Positions 36,128 through 49,240 of a stretch of 64,000 bases of DNA are shown here, piece after piece. This stretch comes from Podarcis melisellensis (lineage: Eukaryota): the NCBI GenBank assembly GCA_964234715.1, contig OZ174284.1; one strand, written 5' to 3'. The position numbers were made by a program, and so were the translations under genes. Numbering within the stretch: position 1 is the stretch's first letter; every line of letters begins with the position of its first letter. The notes beneath the pieces were generated by a model. It was not told where the DNA came from, did no database searches, and was given only the letters and a program-made list of their open reading frames with translations.

Positions 36128-39100
36128 AGACTGAGGTAATTAGTACTTTCTGTTTTGCTCAGCCAGCACAATATTTAAAGTCTCTCTGTAGAGTTTGACT
36201 TCTGGCTTCATAAAATTCACAAAGGGGTCCCCTGCCCCTTATTTTTAAAATTGTGTTCAAAATAGTAGCCCCAGCACTTCTTAGCTCCAACAGTTCTGGC
36301 AGAAATTAACCAACCATTCCTATATCATTTAAGAAAATTAAAGTTCCCAGGTGATATATTGTTAGTCCAGATAATCCAGTTATTTCATCTCAGTGGGAGT
36401 GGCTGCTGTGCCTACGTTCCTATATTACAACAGCATTGTAAAACTGATTCAGAGGGACTTTTATTCCCTTGGGCCGTTTTATTATCTAAGAGTGCTTCAT
36501 ATCCAGACAGACTTCCATCATTGCCACAGAATATTTTTAACATACGCTTGCTTCTTTAGACTGATTTGAAAATGCATTTCATATTGGTATCTTCACAAAG
36601 TGGTGCATTACTAAAAAATTAATCCAATAACACCTGCCAGCCAGTTAAATATATCCTACCTTTACAAGAAAACCAACACTGCAATCCTGACCATATTCTT
36701 ATATTAGCATTTCAAACATTACCAGTGCAGCATGGCTCCTTCTCCTGCCACTCAAGTAATATAGGGGCCCTGTGATCTCAGAGTTTGACCAACACTCTGG
36801 CAATTCCACCTTTAGGGAGTTTCATTCTCAAGAGCCAAAAAGTTATGAGTGGCCTTGTTTCTGTTGTAGAATCTCAAAACAACCTTCTTTATCTGTAAAA
36901 CAGATGCAGAGCTTATACATGACATACCCCAAGATACCCTAAGCTTTACAGTCAAAAACCTAGTATTATATCTGTCTCAGTATCCAGGAAGGGGTAGTTT
37001 TCCTTAGCTTTGAAAAACCTTGAATGATATCCTTTAAAATTACTTGTTTTAACAATGGGGAAATCATTTGTAAAAAATGTTATTTTAAAACATTTTGTCT
37101 ATTTTTTTTTAAGTTGACCTGCTACTTGTAGTTAAAATAAAAATTAGCAATACACTTCATATTCTAGATATTACTAAAAGCTAAGCAATGCAGAGATTTA
37201 TTTCATAGGAAGTGATTCAATTGTAACTGAAATAATGTAGGCCTACTGAAGCCAATTTGTCAAAAAAATCCCTAGTGAGATAAGGTAAATTTGTAATTAT
37301 CCTGAAGGCCTTTTAAATTGTTTTACAGCATAAAATTTATACTTCTGGGATGTCAAAAATTGGTCCTTTATTTCCTTTCTCTTATGGTCCCATTGATTTA
37401 GGCATCTCGTAGATACTGGAAGCATACCAACATACCCAAATTCCGATTCTGTATATTAAGAATTAGGATGAGATCAGAGCAATTTAATCATTTTCTCTTC
37501 AAGGCATTTAGGAAAAAGCAGTGCATACTGAATAATTTTGGTTATCTCCCTATTTTTCCCCTGAAGTGAGAGACAGTTGTGCTCTCAGAGCCATCATTAA
37601 AAGCTGCCAGTCAACTCAATACATCCTACCAAGTTCCTTCCCCTTCCACTGCAATGAGCGTCACTGTATTCTTTTTTGCTCCAGTGATTTTTTTAGCTGA
37701 ATATAGTGCTAATCATATTTTGAGTTATTTTGCATGTTGATCTACACAATGGGTGCATGCACAGACAAACCAGCCTTCTGCTTTTTGACTCGTTATTGCA
37801 TCTGCCTGCCCCTGAAGTGAAAAGATTATTAACAGGTAATGAATGCAATGTCGTTGGAATGATGTGACAAAGTTTACTAAGAATTTGTAAAACTTTTTGA
37901 TGCATTTCTTTACTGCTCTGTTTCACCCCCAAATATTATTTGGCTTCTGTTTACTTATGCCCATCTTCTCACTTTGTTATGTATCTCATCCATCACCTTC
38001 AAGTTTGCTATTTGTTTCATAAAACTCATAACAGTAAAGTGGAAAAAACGGTTATGTATAAGTAAAAAGAGGGAAGTTCTAATTTGGCCAGAGAGCTGTT
38101 CTTCCACTGAAAGGAAAGCACTTTGATCCAGTGGAGGCTTCCATAAACAGAACAATAAGGGAACAGATTTTTGATCTTCTGCCTCCTGTCCCCTGTTGCC
38201 AAGTCTATTCTAGATGATCTGGGGATTTTTATTTTTTTTTATTTCTTTGGAGCAGCATGGGAGGTCCTGCTGGGGGGCGGGGCTCCAAGAGAAAGGAGAA
38301 ATTGGCAGAAAAATACCTTATTTAATTCACAGAAGCCTTTGTTAAATCAAAGAAGCTTCCATCAGGGAAGGGCCACAATTAAATACATCACAACATGAGT
38401 AACAGGTGATATATATTCAGAACAGACCCCCTGAAATAAACATTAATTCCATTAATTTCAGTTGTTCTACTCTGATGTGTAGCTAACATTTGATATCACC
38501 TTCTATAATACAACTTTTAGAATTATGTTCTTATGTAATATAAAACTTCATTTAAATGTTGCTCAACTTATTAGTTTATTAAAACTGACTTTCTACTTGT
38601 AAATAGCAAGTACTGGAGCGAACTTGCTATTGTAATGCCTCATCTGACAATAAAATTCATATATCCTACAATCTATATTTTCTTTGTAATTGTTCCAGTA
38701 TTCATGCTACTTACTGATATACTTGGAGGAGGGGAAAAGCATTCTGTTTTAAGTTTTGAAGGATATTTTTCAGTTGTTGATCTTAATTTCAAAGATTTCA
38801 GTAAGTATTCATCTGCAAAGGTAGTCAATTAAAAAAAATTGTATAGGTTTTGAGGCTATCTAAGCAGGAAAAGAGAACATTCCGGGTATTATATTAAATC
38901 ATCATTAGAAATAACGCTACTGTAAAAATGCCCAAAAGCCCCAACCCTTAATGTGGAGCTCTTTAAAGCCCACAACAACACAATCAATCTTGCTTCTGAA
39001 GTATATTTCTTAGCAACAAATTAACATTCATTTCCCAGTAAGAATCAAGACTTTGGTTCTCCTCCCAGGATGTACCTGGGAGACATCTTCCTTTCTGTGC

Positions 39101-41640
39101 ATCTTCAATATACATTAACAATTAGCTACATTAACAAATTTGAAGGGCAAAGAATATGCCATCTTGAAGTAGAGAGCAGAACATTCTTTTGTATAATGTA
39201 TCATTCTTGAGTAAGTGATATTGTGTTATTCCTGGAAGAAATCCCTTTTGAGTTAAAGGCAAAATCTAGAATTCACCCGCTAAATTCCTATCTATAGAAT
39301 ATTTTGAAGGCATGTTTTACTTAACCACATGAGCAAAATGGATTTACGTTCCATGCCTCTTTTGGTGTGGCAGGATCTGCTTTTATTTGTATAGACAAGC
39401 TTCTTCTTTAGGTTTTTGTTGATTGTGCCAATTGCAAATGGTTTTAGTATTTCTTTTGTATTTGTAAGTCGCTTTGAGTCATTTCTATGCGTAAAGCGAC
39501 TAATAAATATTCATCTTGGTAATGTGATTCTCTTATTTCTGTCTGTGCCGTGGCAAAAGGTGTTTCACATTCTTTCGTGAATGATACAGATTAGGACATC
39601 TAAATACATTTAGGTATTTAAGTACATTTAGGTGCCTTGAATAGAGTGCCTCTGAGTGTGTGCAGAGTTTCAACTCAAGCAGTGTTTTAAAAGATCATCA
39701 AGACTCCTAACCATATACAGAATGCCTTTTTTGTGGTCAACATTTGTTGGAACTTATTTTCAAGTGACTTTGTATGGGCAGGAATGGAGAATCTGTAGCC
39801 CCTTAAGTTGTTGCTGGACTACAACTCCCATCATCCCTGATTATGAGCCATGCTGGCTGTGGCTGGTGGGAGCTGGAGTCTGACAATATCTGGATGGCTG
39901 CTGGATTAATTCAGCAGTATTGGGAAGCTGCCCTAGCAGCACTTGTTCCTGCTTTGCCATGGAATGTCAGATGCTCATGACTATGTGCGAAGGGGATTTT
40001 CCCGCATTGTCCCAAGCTTTGCATGTTTCTCTGACATCACAGGGGGGGGGGGAACCTGCCATTGCTGCATGCGTGAAAGCCCTGTCTTAGCTCTGCAGTT
40101 TAAAGTAGCTAGTGTTCATAGAAGAAGTCAGTCCAGTGCACACAGTCTATTTGACTTTTCTCAGGTGACCAGAAACAGATGTGATAGTTGCTCCTTCTAC
40201 TAGTTACGCAGAAGAAGGCATTTCAGTGGGAGTTGCTTCGGCATTTAGGTATGAAAGCAGCTTCACCTGCCAACATTTCCTCTTCTGCACAATTGTTAGA
40301 GGAATAATCTCCAGTTCTTCTTTAACATCTGGACATTATATTTGACAGATGTAATAAACGTTCATTCCATTGATCCAGTTTATGGAACGTATTGCTAGCC
40401 TGCGGTAATTAACTCTTTATTTACTCCCTGGTATCTGCTCTCAAGATGGCTACTATTCTCTCTTCATTCAGTTGAATTGATAGAACTTAGTTCTCAGCCT
40501 TATTCAGTTGGGACCTCTGCCACCATTCCTGTTTCTCAGCATCTAGTAATCTTGAATATATTTATATGGTCCCCCCTAAACACACAGACACACACACACA
40601 CACACACACACATGTGTTGCTGCTTTGAACATGTTCCTTACTCACTGAGAGGGGGCTCCCTTGGTTCCTGAGCTATATATTTGCTGCAATCCCTATGGAA
40701 ACATTGTTTTCACTTCCTTTTTTAGTGTGCAAAAGACTGAGGGAACCCAATTTCCAAATCTGATTTTTGCATATGCTGTAACTGTGCACTCATGCCAGTG
40801 TCCACTTCCGTGCAGGTACACACACTCGTGTAAATCTGCAGTTTTGTTCTTGTTTGTTTTTTTAATTATACAGACATTAGACTCTGCATCATTACTAGCA
40901 TATAGAAAAATCACAGAAACAATGCAACCAGCTGTGTAAGTATTTTTTCATTATTTAGATTATAACTGTAAAATAAACCTAAAAGAAATAAGAATGAAAG
41001 AGAAACTGATGAAAAGAACTTATTTCTTTGAAATAAAAAAAAAGTCCTGTATTCTACGGTAATAAATAAAACTGCTTTCTGAAGTTAGTGCCACTACACG
41101 TTACTTTTGAAACATTTTGTGTGAAATAAATACAAGATTGAAACAATTTGAAAACTGCTTATGATCCCCTTTTAAAAAAGAGTATGTATAGTTTTTTTTC
41201 AGTTAAATCCAAATATTTTGTGCTACAAAGCATAGGATACAACAATGCAATGAAAGGTATTATGTATTTCAAACCCTTTGTGCTTTATTCATGGTATACC
41301 ACCCAACCAGATCTGTCTTTGGTGGGTGATTGTGAATTTCGTTGAAACACAAATCAAAAGACATATTCATAGTATTCAAAAGGAAAAAGGAGAGCTCAGA
41401 AATATTTGGATCTGTGAATGCATATGATTATTTCGCAGGTGGCATTTCTATTTTGTGGTTAATGTGTATACAGGTGCATATTTGTATTTAATGCATAATA
41501 CAAAACTTTGGGTGATAGTTAACTAGTTATTCTCTGAGTATGATTACCTATGCACATCACCCTTTAATTTTAATTTGTTGTGTTCACTTGGGTTCCTTTT
41601 TTATTATTACTGAGAATAAATCACAAGTGTGAGTTTGTCA

Positions 41641-41848
41641 CAGTGGTACCTCGGGTTAAGTACTTAATTCATTCTGGAGGTCTGTTCTTAACCTGAAGCA
41701 CCACTTTAGCTAATGGGGCCTCCTGGCGCTGCTGCACCGCTAGAGCACGATTTCTGTTCTCATCCTGAAGCAAAGTTCTTAACCCGAGGTACTTTTCTGG
41801 GTTAGCGGAGTCCATAACCTGAAGCGTATGTAACCTGAGGTACCACTG
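41641..41848. mobile_element. Tc1/mariner (Tigger-like) MITE
   Basis: TIRs CAGTGGTACCTCGGGTTA / TAACCTGAGGTACCACTG, TA at the right end. Same family as 61460-61674. Confidence 0.8.
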
Positions 41849-43013
41849 TATACACATGACTTTTCATCACAGGAGTCATTCTATTTAGGAATTTCTCTTC
41901 ACTGATGCAGACCTGTATCACAGTTGTAGAAATGATAGTGAGCATGTTATTTCTACTTCTGAGGAAATCTATCAGGTTGACACCTGATAGTTTAAGATAA
42001 TGGTAGAGAATGTCCAGCCTATAGACCTAATTAGGTCCATCAAGCCCCATTTGGACCATCAGATTGTTTTGGCCAAGCCATGCCCATATGTCCTTCACCT
42101 GACATCAGGCTCAGGACTGATAAAGCCACAGCTACAAACATTGAATTCATTTGCAGCTTAAATTCATCACTATTTGAATGTGGTGCCTTACGTTGCACTG
42201 CTTTCAGCAGGGATCAGATACACTCAGATATCCCAGTTGCTCCCAAGTGTATCTGATCTGACAACAGTGTGACAGGAGAAGACACCAAATTCAAACTGCA
42301 CCGAAGGTTAAGCCACTTCAAAGAAACAATCGGGAGTGAACTCTTGATTGTTTCTTTACAGTCAGAGCTTTACCTCTCCTGTGCCTAATGTCAAATTGAG
42401 GTCAGGTGATTGACAAGTGGTCACTGTGTGAAGAGTTAACTACTTTCATCCAGCCTTCTTGCTAAAAGTAGCCCCAACCTTTGTTTAATATATTTAAATT
42501 TAAATTTCATTTTAAATTCCTTTCACGTTTCCCTAATGTCACCATAAAATGCACCAATTCTACGTTCACTAGGATGTGTCATTCCACGCATGGTTCTTTC
42601 CTTCAATGAATTAAAACTTTGGATCCAACCCATTATCGTAACTAACCTGTCATCTTTTCGTCCAGCCTATCTTACCAGATCAGAAATCCAGAGGAATAGT
42701 TAATATTCTCCTCACTGCTTAGGAAGGCAATACAGATGACCATTACTTTAGTAGAGGCACATACTCAACTTCCTATTAAAATGAAATGGGATTTCAAAGT
42801 GCTTAATTTGGACTAGCTCTAGATATTTTCTATGGAGTGTCTTGATTTACATTTGCATCACTTAAATACCACCTTCCCCCTCTACAGACTCAATATTGTG
42901 TACTTTTTATATAAATATATGTGTCTTCTTGTTGTTTCGTGCAATATGCATGTTAGACAAGTCGAATAAGTTAAAGGAAATAGTTAATTTTAAACAGATG
43001 GAATACAATGAGA

Positions 43014-43077
43014 GGTAACTTGTTGTCTTTTTTTATAACTTGGTGGGTAACTTGTTGTCTTTTTTTATAACTTGGTG
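43014..43077. repeat. Perfect 32-bp tandem duplication
   Basis: GGTAACTTGTTGTCTTTTTTTATAACTTGGTG x2. Confidence 0.9.
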
Positions 43078-45319
43078 GGAGAATGATATATTCTAGTTTA
43101 ACTGTGTTTCCTTTAAATTTCAAAAGATATAATTGTTTTATTTGGATAATATTTATAGATTACATCCATTTTGTTACAAAGATAGCCAATTCATATTGTG
43201 AAACAAGCCTTTAGGAATGAAGAATAAATGTGGAAGTAATGGAAGACAGAGTTGGAAATCCACTGGACTCCAATAAGTGAAAGAAACTACAATGTTCACT
43301 CAAGTCTAGGGAATGCAGAACCAAGCCAGAGCGGAAACACAAGTCAATATTCAAGGGGCACAGCCATCTTTGTTTGCAACACATTTCCAGTGTGTTAAAA
43401 ATAACCACTGTGGCTGTTATCATTTTGAACAAAAATGCATATAATTGCAGTGAAAAGCTGGTTTCATGATTTTATAATGTGGGAGCTTACATCTTATTAT
43501 ACAGTATTGTCTAATGCATATATTAGAGTGTTGTTGTTATAAATGGAGAAATGGAAGGGAAAGACACATATCTGAGCTTGCAATACATAGCTTGAATAAG
43601 AAATCTCCATAGTGCTTCCCTGAGTAGAAATCAACATTTTTTCCTGAATTTGCTGTGATGTGTGCTCAGAAATTCAAAACAAACTCATATTCCTCAATTT
43701 ATTTCAAGCTGCTGTAACAAGTAGTTTTCAGCCATAATAATAATGTGATGTTCTGCACCAAATTCAATCTGCAATCCTCAACATGCTTAATAGGGGGTAA
43801 GTTTTATTGAACTGAGTAAACAAATTGGGGTTATGCTGCTTTCTCTTCCCATGCCTCCATTAGTGTTTTTTGGGGCTCTTCAAATTAAATGGGTTTACCG
43901 CTTTGGTACTTTTCAGTTAATATTCATATTGAATGTGTAAGATATGTATAGTCTTTGACACCAACAGTTAAGTAGTGCCATGGTCAGACTGGGAAAAGGG
44001 AATCTAAGAGATTTTCCAGTGTCATATGAAGAGGCATGCAGTTTTGTTCCTGGTATGTTACTGGTTGGAAATTATCTTATGGTCCACTCTAAAATAGAAT
44101 GTCTTAAGATGGATTCAAATAACCTCCCCCCCCCCCTGCTACACAATGATGTTTTGTGGGACAAAAGTCTAACCTGCCAAATTTCCTTTCTAGATACATC
44201 ACAAACAGCTTTTTGTGAAATTCAAAGGATTATTTTGATCTACATTTAGAATCTGACAACTCTTGAGTGAACGCATAATTCTTATGCTACCTGGAAATTC
44301 AGAAGGGAGCTCTGAAGTTTCTCTTTGTAGAAGGCAAGAGAGAGATTAACTGAACAGAGTCTGAGATCTTAAGGTCAAGGATATATCCCCTAAGAGAAAA
44401 GAAACAGCAGAATTTGCCCATGAGATAATGTATCTTGATAGAAAGGATTTCACAAACACTGCAAGTAGAGATGAGTTTGGAGTAGCCTAAACATTCTGTT
44501 GTAAAGAGAGAGAGAGAGAGAACACATCTGTTGTCCTATTCCCAATACCTCTCCAATATAGTAAGCCTGCAACTTATGTGAGGTAATGTTTCAGGAATTG
44601 TTTCAAAGCAAAAATCACATATCGTCAAAACATATTGGGTTCAGTGGCAGGTAGGATTTCCCCCCCAGATGCCTGTCCCCTTTCAAAAAAAATATTTTTT
44701 GCCAAGTGCGTAAAGCTGAATGCACACAAGTTAAATGTGCATAAGCTGTGGGCTTACTGTATGCTTAAACCAGACAGTTGAACCTTGCGTAACAGATGGG
44801 CATAAAATATATTGGAGGTTACAAGAGAAGGCTCAGAGGAGTACCAGATTATAGTGGCAGAACAAAGCAATGATGAGATTGGATGCAGTAGGGAACTAAC
44901 CTTGCTGTCGGTGGATATACTGGGCTGTGCCAAAGGAGGAATGCAGGATGGGTACTTCAGATGAAAGGGAAATCCTCATACCATGCACACCTGTGGCTCT
45001 GCACACAAAAATCACAAATGTGGCCCATAAATATGTCTGTATGAAAAGTCAGATGGGCACAAGCAAGCAGCTGGATACACGGCAGGGTAAACCTGCAGAT
45101 TACACAGTCTGTGGTAGTCCCTTTTAGTCATGTAGACAATGATAAAAGTGGATAGGGAAGTATGATAAGATTTTAAGCAGAGACAACGCTGACGTAGAGC
45201 ATCAACAAACATCTCACCCGGGTTCATAGTTAATCTCAGGACTGATTGATAACATTAACAGTAGAGTACAGAAGCCATTTCCACACGGTTGTGTCCTGCA
45301 CCTTTCGGCATCATGTACA

Positions 45320-45576
45320 ACAGGTAGATCATGACCTAATGGTAGATTATTGGACATCTGTGGTAGATCACTGGCTCTCCCCAAAGAAACTCAACAACTT
45401 TGGCTCCCCTTAAAAAAGCTCAACATTTTTGCTCTGCGCTGCCCCCAAATGGGGCTTTCCTCATCCCCCCAAAAAAGTTCAACAACTTTGACCTGAACCC
45501 CCCAAAAGGGGGTAGATCACTGCCAGTTTTTAAATCTGTAAGTAGATCACAGTCTCTTGGGAATTGGCCACCCCTG
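45320..45576. mobile_element. Partial hAT-like MITE with internal GGTAGATCAC and CTCAACAACTTTG repeats
   Basis: Ends in TTGGCCACCCCTG (hAT-type terminus); multiple internal short direct repeats. Confidence 0.45.
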
Positions 45577-46222
45577 ATGTACAGGAAATAATCACAAGGA
45601 TGGCACAAAAGATGTTACTTCCCATGCTAATGGTGTGATACTGCAATGGAAAATACATGTGGCATAAAATGGTATGAGGTCCTGCTGTGTGGAAATGTGT
45701 ATAACCCAGTCTGATAAAGTATGGTTCTGTTCTTATACTGCTAATAAGCTGCATTGTCTGCAACTTCTAGCAAAACAGTCCTCTTTGCATGTGGACTAGG
45801 AAGATGCTGGTATGGACCATGGCTTACTGCCTGGCACTGTGGCCCAAATTGTGGAGATTGCTAGCCATGTATGCATATCTGCTCAGTTGCTGAAATTAGG
45901 GCATGCTGCATGTCCCTTCAGTATATGCAGGTGGTATTTGTCAAGATTTCCATTGAGAGAGATATGCTCCAGGCAGCAAAACCACCTTTGTACACAGTTA
46001 CTGTCTCAAGCAAAAGCGAAGACCGCATTTCTTCCAGCTGCTAACAATTCTTTCCAAAATATTCATTCACTCTTGAAATAGCAAGTTTGATTTAAAGATG
46101 TTGTGAATTAAGATCTGGTTTTCATTTAACTAAACACTGATCACTATCAGGATATGGACTTTGCTTTTCTTCTTAGGCTGTTTTCATTTGTTTCTTCTGC
46201 ACCCTTTTAATGGAATATGTAG

Positions 46223-46234
46223 GTCTCTGGAAAG
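46223..46234 (+). CDS. NRCAM: NRCAM 12-nt RSLE microexon (creates the YRSL AP-2 sorting motif)
   Basis: atgtag|GTCTCTGGAAAG|gtaagg; symmetric phase 2; well-known L1-family neuronal microexon. Confidence 0.9.
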
Positions 46235-46765
46235 GTAAGGTTATCAATTTCAAGCCTGGTGTGTGTAATGTAACAAATTGCTCCAAATACAACACTTCGT
46301 TTATTGTATTTTTCTAATACTGGGGAGAATCTTGGTTTGTTTGTTTTTTTCATTTAATCAAATTCATTCCTCATTCATATTCAGGAATCGAGAACAAAAA
46401 GTTTTAACAGACTAATTTCACAGCACACCATAAGCATCATATCTAAAGAACAAGGGGCCCTTTCTAATGCTTGCAACTTTTTCTACATTGCTTCAAAAAT
46501 GGGACCTGAATTTGTCACTGTGAAGCCTTGCACGGTGGGGAAAACGCACTTCCACCGCTGGAGAAATCCTGCGTTTAAACCATTACTGCACCACGTATTC
46601 ATACATCGTATTAATTTGTCTTCACCCTGTGATTGAGTTTACGAAAGGGCTGTGGGACTACACATACTTTTCAAAAACCAGCATGCATGATTTGTTTTTG
46701 TTTTTACACCTTGTCTAAGTTATATGTTAATAGTTTCTTTTCTTAAAAACCCTTTATTTTTTCAG

Positions 46766-47003
46766 TGATGCCGATGACCACAAGCCTCTAAAAAAGGGAA
46801 GCAGGACACCTTCAGACAGGACTGTGAAAAAAGAGGACAGCGATGATAGTTTAGTTGACTATGGAGAAGGAGTTAATGGTCAGTTCAATGAGGATGGCTC
46901 CTTTATTGGACAATACAGTGGTAAAAAAGAGAAAGAACCCGCAGAAGGGAACGAAAGTTCTGAGGCTCCTTCACCTGTCAACGCAATGAATTCATTTGTC
47001 TAA
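46766..47003 (+). CDS. NRCAM: NRCAM last coding exon ([13 protein letters not shown]...[29 protein letters not shown]...NAMNSFV*)
   Basis: tttttcag|TGATGCC...GTCTAA; FIGQY ankyrin-binding motif and the C-terminal SFV PDZ ligand diagnostic of NrCAM. Confidence 0.97.
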
Positions 47004-49240
47004 TTGAAAAAAAGAACTCTTGCCCCATTCATACCGCATTTCCATTATTATTATTTTCAAGCATTTGTACATCTCCCCCACTTTATGGACATGAAGGAAA
47101 CAAATATTCTACACGGCAAAGTGTTTATGTAATAAGTACATATAGGTGAAGCTGTTAAACTATATAACAGTAAGTGGTATGTTAGTATGACTCAGAATGC
47201 AAAACATTTTGCACAGATACTTGCTTTTTTACAAGACTAAAAAAAGAGCAACATCAACTAAGAATAACGAAAAGTACAGTATAACAGTATAATGCATGCG
47301 AAGCGCTGCATATGTCCTGGGCAAAGCCAGTTTATGCCACTGAAAATGGTTTTGATACTTCGTTATGCAGTCCTCAACTGAATCCCTGGATATGAAGCCC
47401 ATTTTCATTGTCAGAGTGTTATAGTAGTATTATATAGAACTTCAATGTCTTTGTGGACATTGTTGTGAAATTGGTGACTTAATTGTCTAGATATCATTAT
47501 GTCTTTTTGCAAGACAGTTAGGAACAGTATGTACAGTATATGATTGATAAATGACTTTTAAGTATGATACTTGCATTTGCTGATGCTTACTGAGATCCTG
47601 ATACCTGCTCTTTGCTCCTCTTGTAGCCTTTCTAATCCAAGTATTACTGCAGCACAGTGTTCTCTTTTTGACATCCAATGTACATTGTATCTTTCTCTTT
47701 TTTTAGGACATACAACAACATGCATTGAAATGCATTTTGGAATTTATACAGTTATGGAAGTGAAATTTTCAAATTATATAGAAATATTCCAGAAACCATA
47801 CAGGGCAAAATACATTCAGTGCCTTTATATAAGTGTACATTCAATAATGTACTGTAGCTGGTCATAACCAATCAGGAAGTTTTCTTGTGCAAGGTAGCAT
47901 TGAAATGAAAAGTTGCAAATTCAAAATTCACAATTTGATTCATTTTGATGGAACTTGTGAAGGAAATGCTCCCTGCGGTTTGTGTTGCACCTCAGTAAGC
48001 TGGTGCAATAGTATATGACTAATGAACTGACATCATTGCCAAAGTAATTTAATTATTGTTAAATTCCCAGATATGTTCAACAGGTACAGAAGAGTTTGTT
48101 TTTACGTGATATAAAACTCATTAAAGTTTCTTTCTTTTCTGGAGATAAACTATAGACAAGCTAATGCAACTTACACTTTCATGGCCTTATGCAGTTTACA
48201 CAAAGATGGCTGAATTAGTATATTTTGCTAACATAGGGAAACACAAAAAAGCTCATGATATTCTAAGATACCATGCTCACAAAAGCACATTTCCTTTCCC
48301 AGTAAGCCCAAGACCCTCTGACACCGCTTTTACCATTATGCTTGGCATGAAGCTGCTACTCAAGAGCCACAGCATTCAAGTGAAATTTGACAAATGTTAA
48401 GTAAGTTTAGTCATAAATTACCACTATCATCTGTTAGAATGTTTTCTGCAAACACATACACACAATCAATATCACAGAAATGGTTACCTCCAANNNNNNN
48501 NNNNNNNNNNNNNNNNNNNNNNNNNNNNNNNNNNNNNNNNNNNNNNNNNNNNNNNNNNNNNNNNNNNNNNNNNNNNNNNNNNNNNNNNNNNNNNNNNNNN
48601 NNNNNNNNNNNNNNNNNNNNNNNNNNNNNNNNNNNNNNNNNNNNNNNNGCTATATGCTTCTAGGTGTTTGAAAATGCTTTTGTTGTACTCTGTATGAAGT
48701 ACTCTAACCCACAGAGTGCATGGTTTTTTAAAGCATCTACCTAAATATATGTAATTCAAAATTTGAGATAACATGCCCATTAGGCTGCTACTGTGTAACT
48801 TCTATCCATTTTTTGTGCAGGTCCTTAAGGAATGGAGGTGGCACAGCAGCAGTACTTGACAGATTGCACCCAATATCATTATAGGTTGAGTTATTGCTTT
48901 TCACTTAATCACAGCACACTTGTTGCAGCTTTGATGCATATACTATGGGACCTATAGTATAGGTTAACTTATAGTATAAATTAAGCACAATTTGAAATAC
49001 TCACCTTATAAGCATGGCAACCCTTAGAGCTGGAAAACAGTTATGCAGCACTGACTGAAAAAGCACAAAAAGGATAAAACATTCCTACAAAGATTTACCA
49101 ACAGTATTGGAGACCAGCGTAATTTTACAATTAAATGTAGATGCTAAATTTATCCATGCATGTGAAAATACACAGAGGAGATTACTTCTGTAATGGTGCA
49201 ACACATTTTGTATTAAAATAAATGTGGTTTTAAAATTTCA
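47004..49240 (+). other. NRCAM: NRCAM 3' UTR (approximate end)
   Basis: AT-rich, repeat-free stretch after the stop; overlapping ATTAAA/AATAAA at 49212-49222. Confidence 0.55.
48494..48648. other. Assembly gap (155 N)
   Basis: Run of N. Confidence 1.

Noticed and set aside
45340-45560. CRISPR-like repeat array
   Set aside because: Vertebrate intron; short, irregular, degenerate repeats inside a hAT-like element with no constant repeat-spacer period.
701-47003. Assignment to L1CAM, NFASC or CHL1
   Set aside because: The SFV C-terminus, the [15 protein letters not shown] segment with RRNKGGKYP, the 10/12/93-aa cassettes and the absence of a PAT domain fit NRCAM.
48394-48780. ORFs with X runs
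   Set aside because: Artefacts of the N gap.
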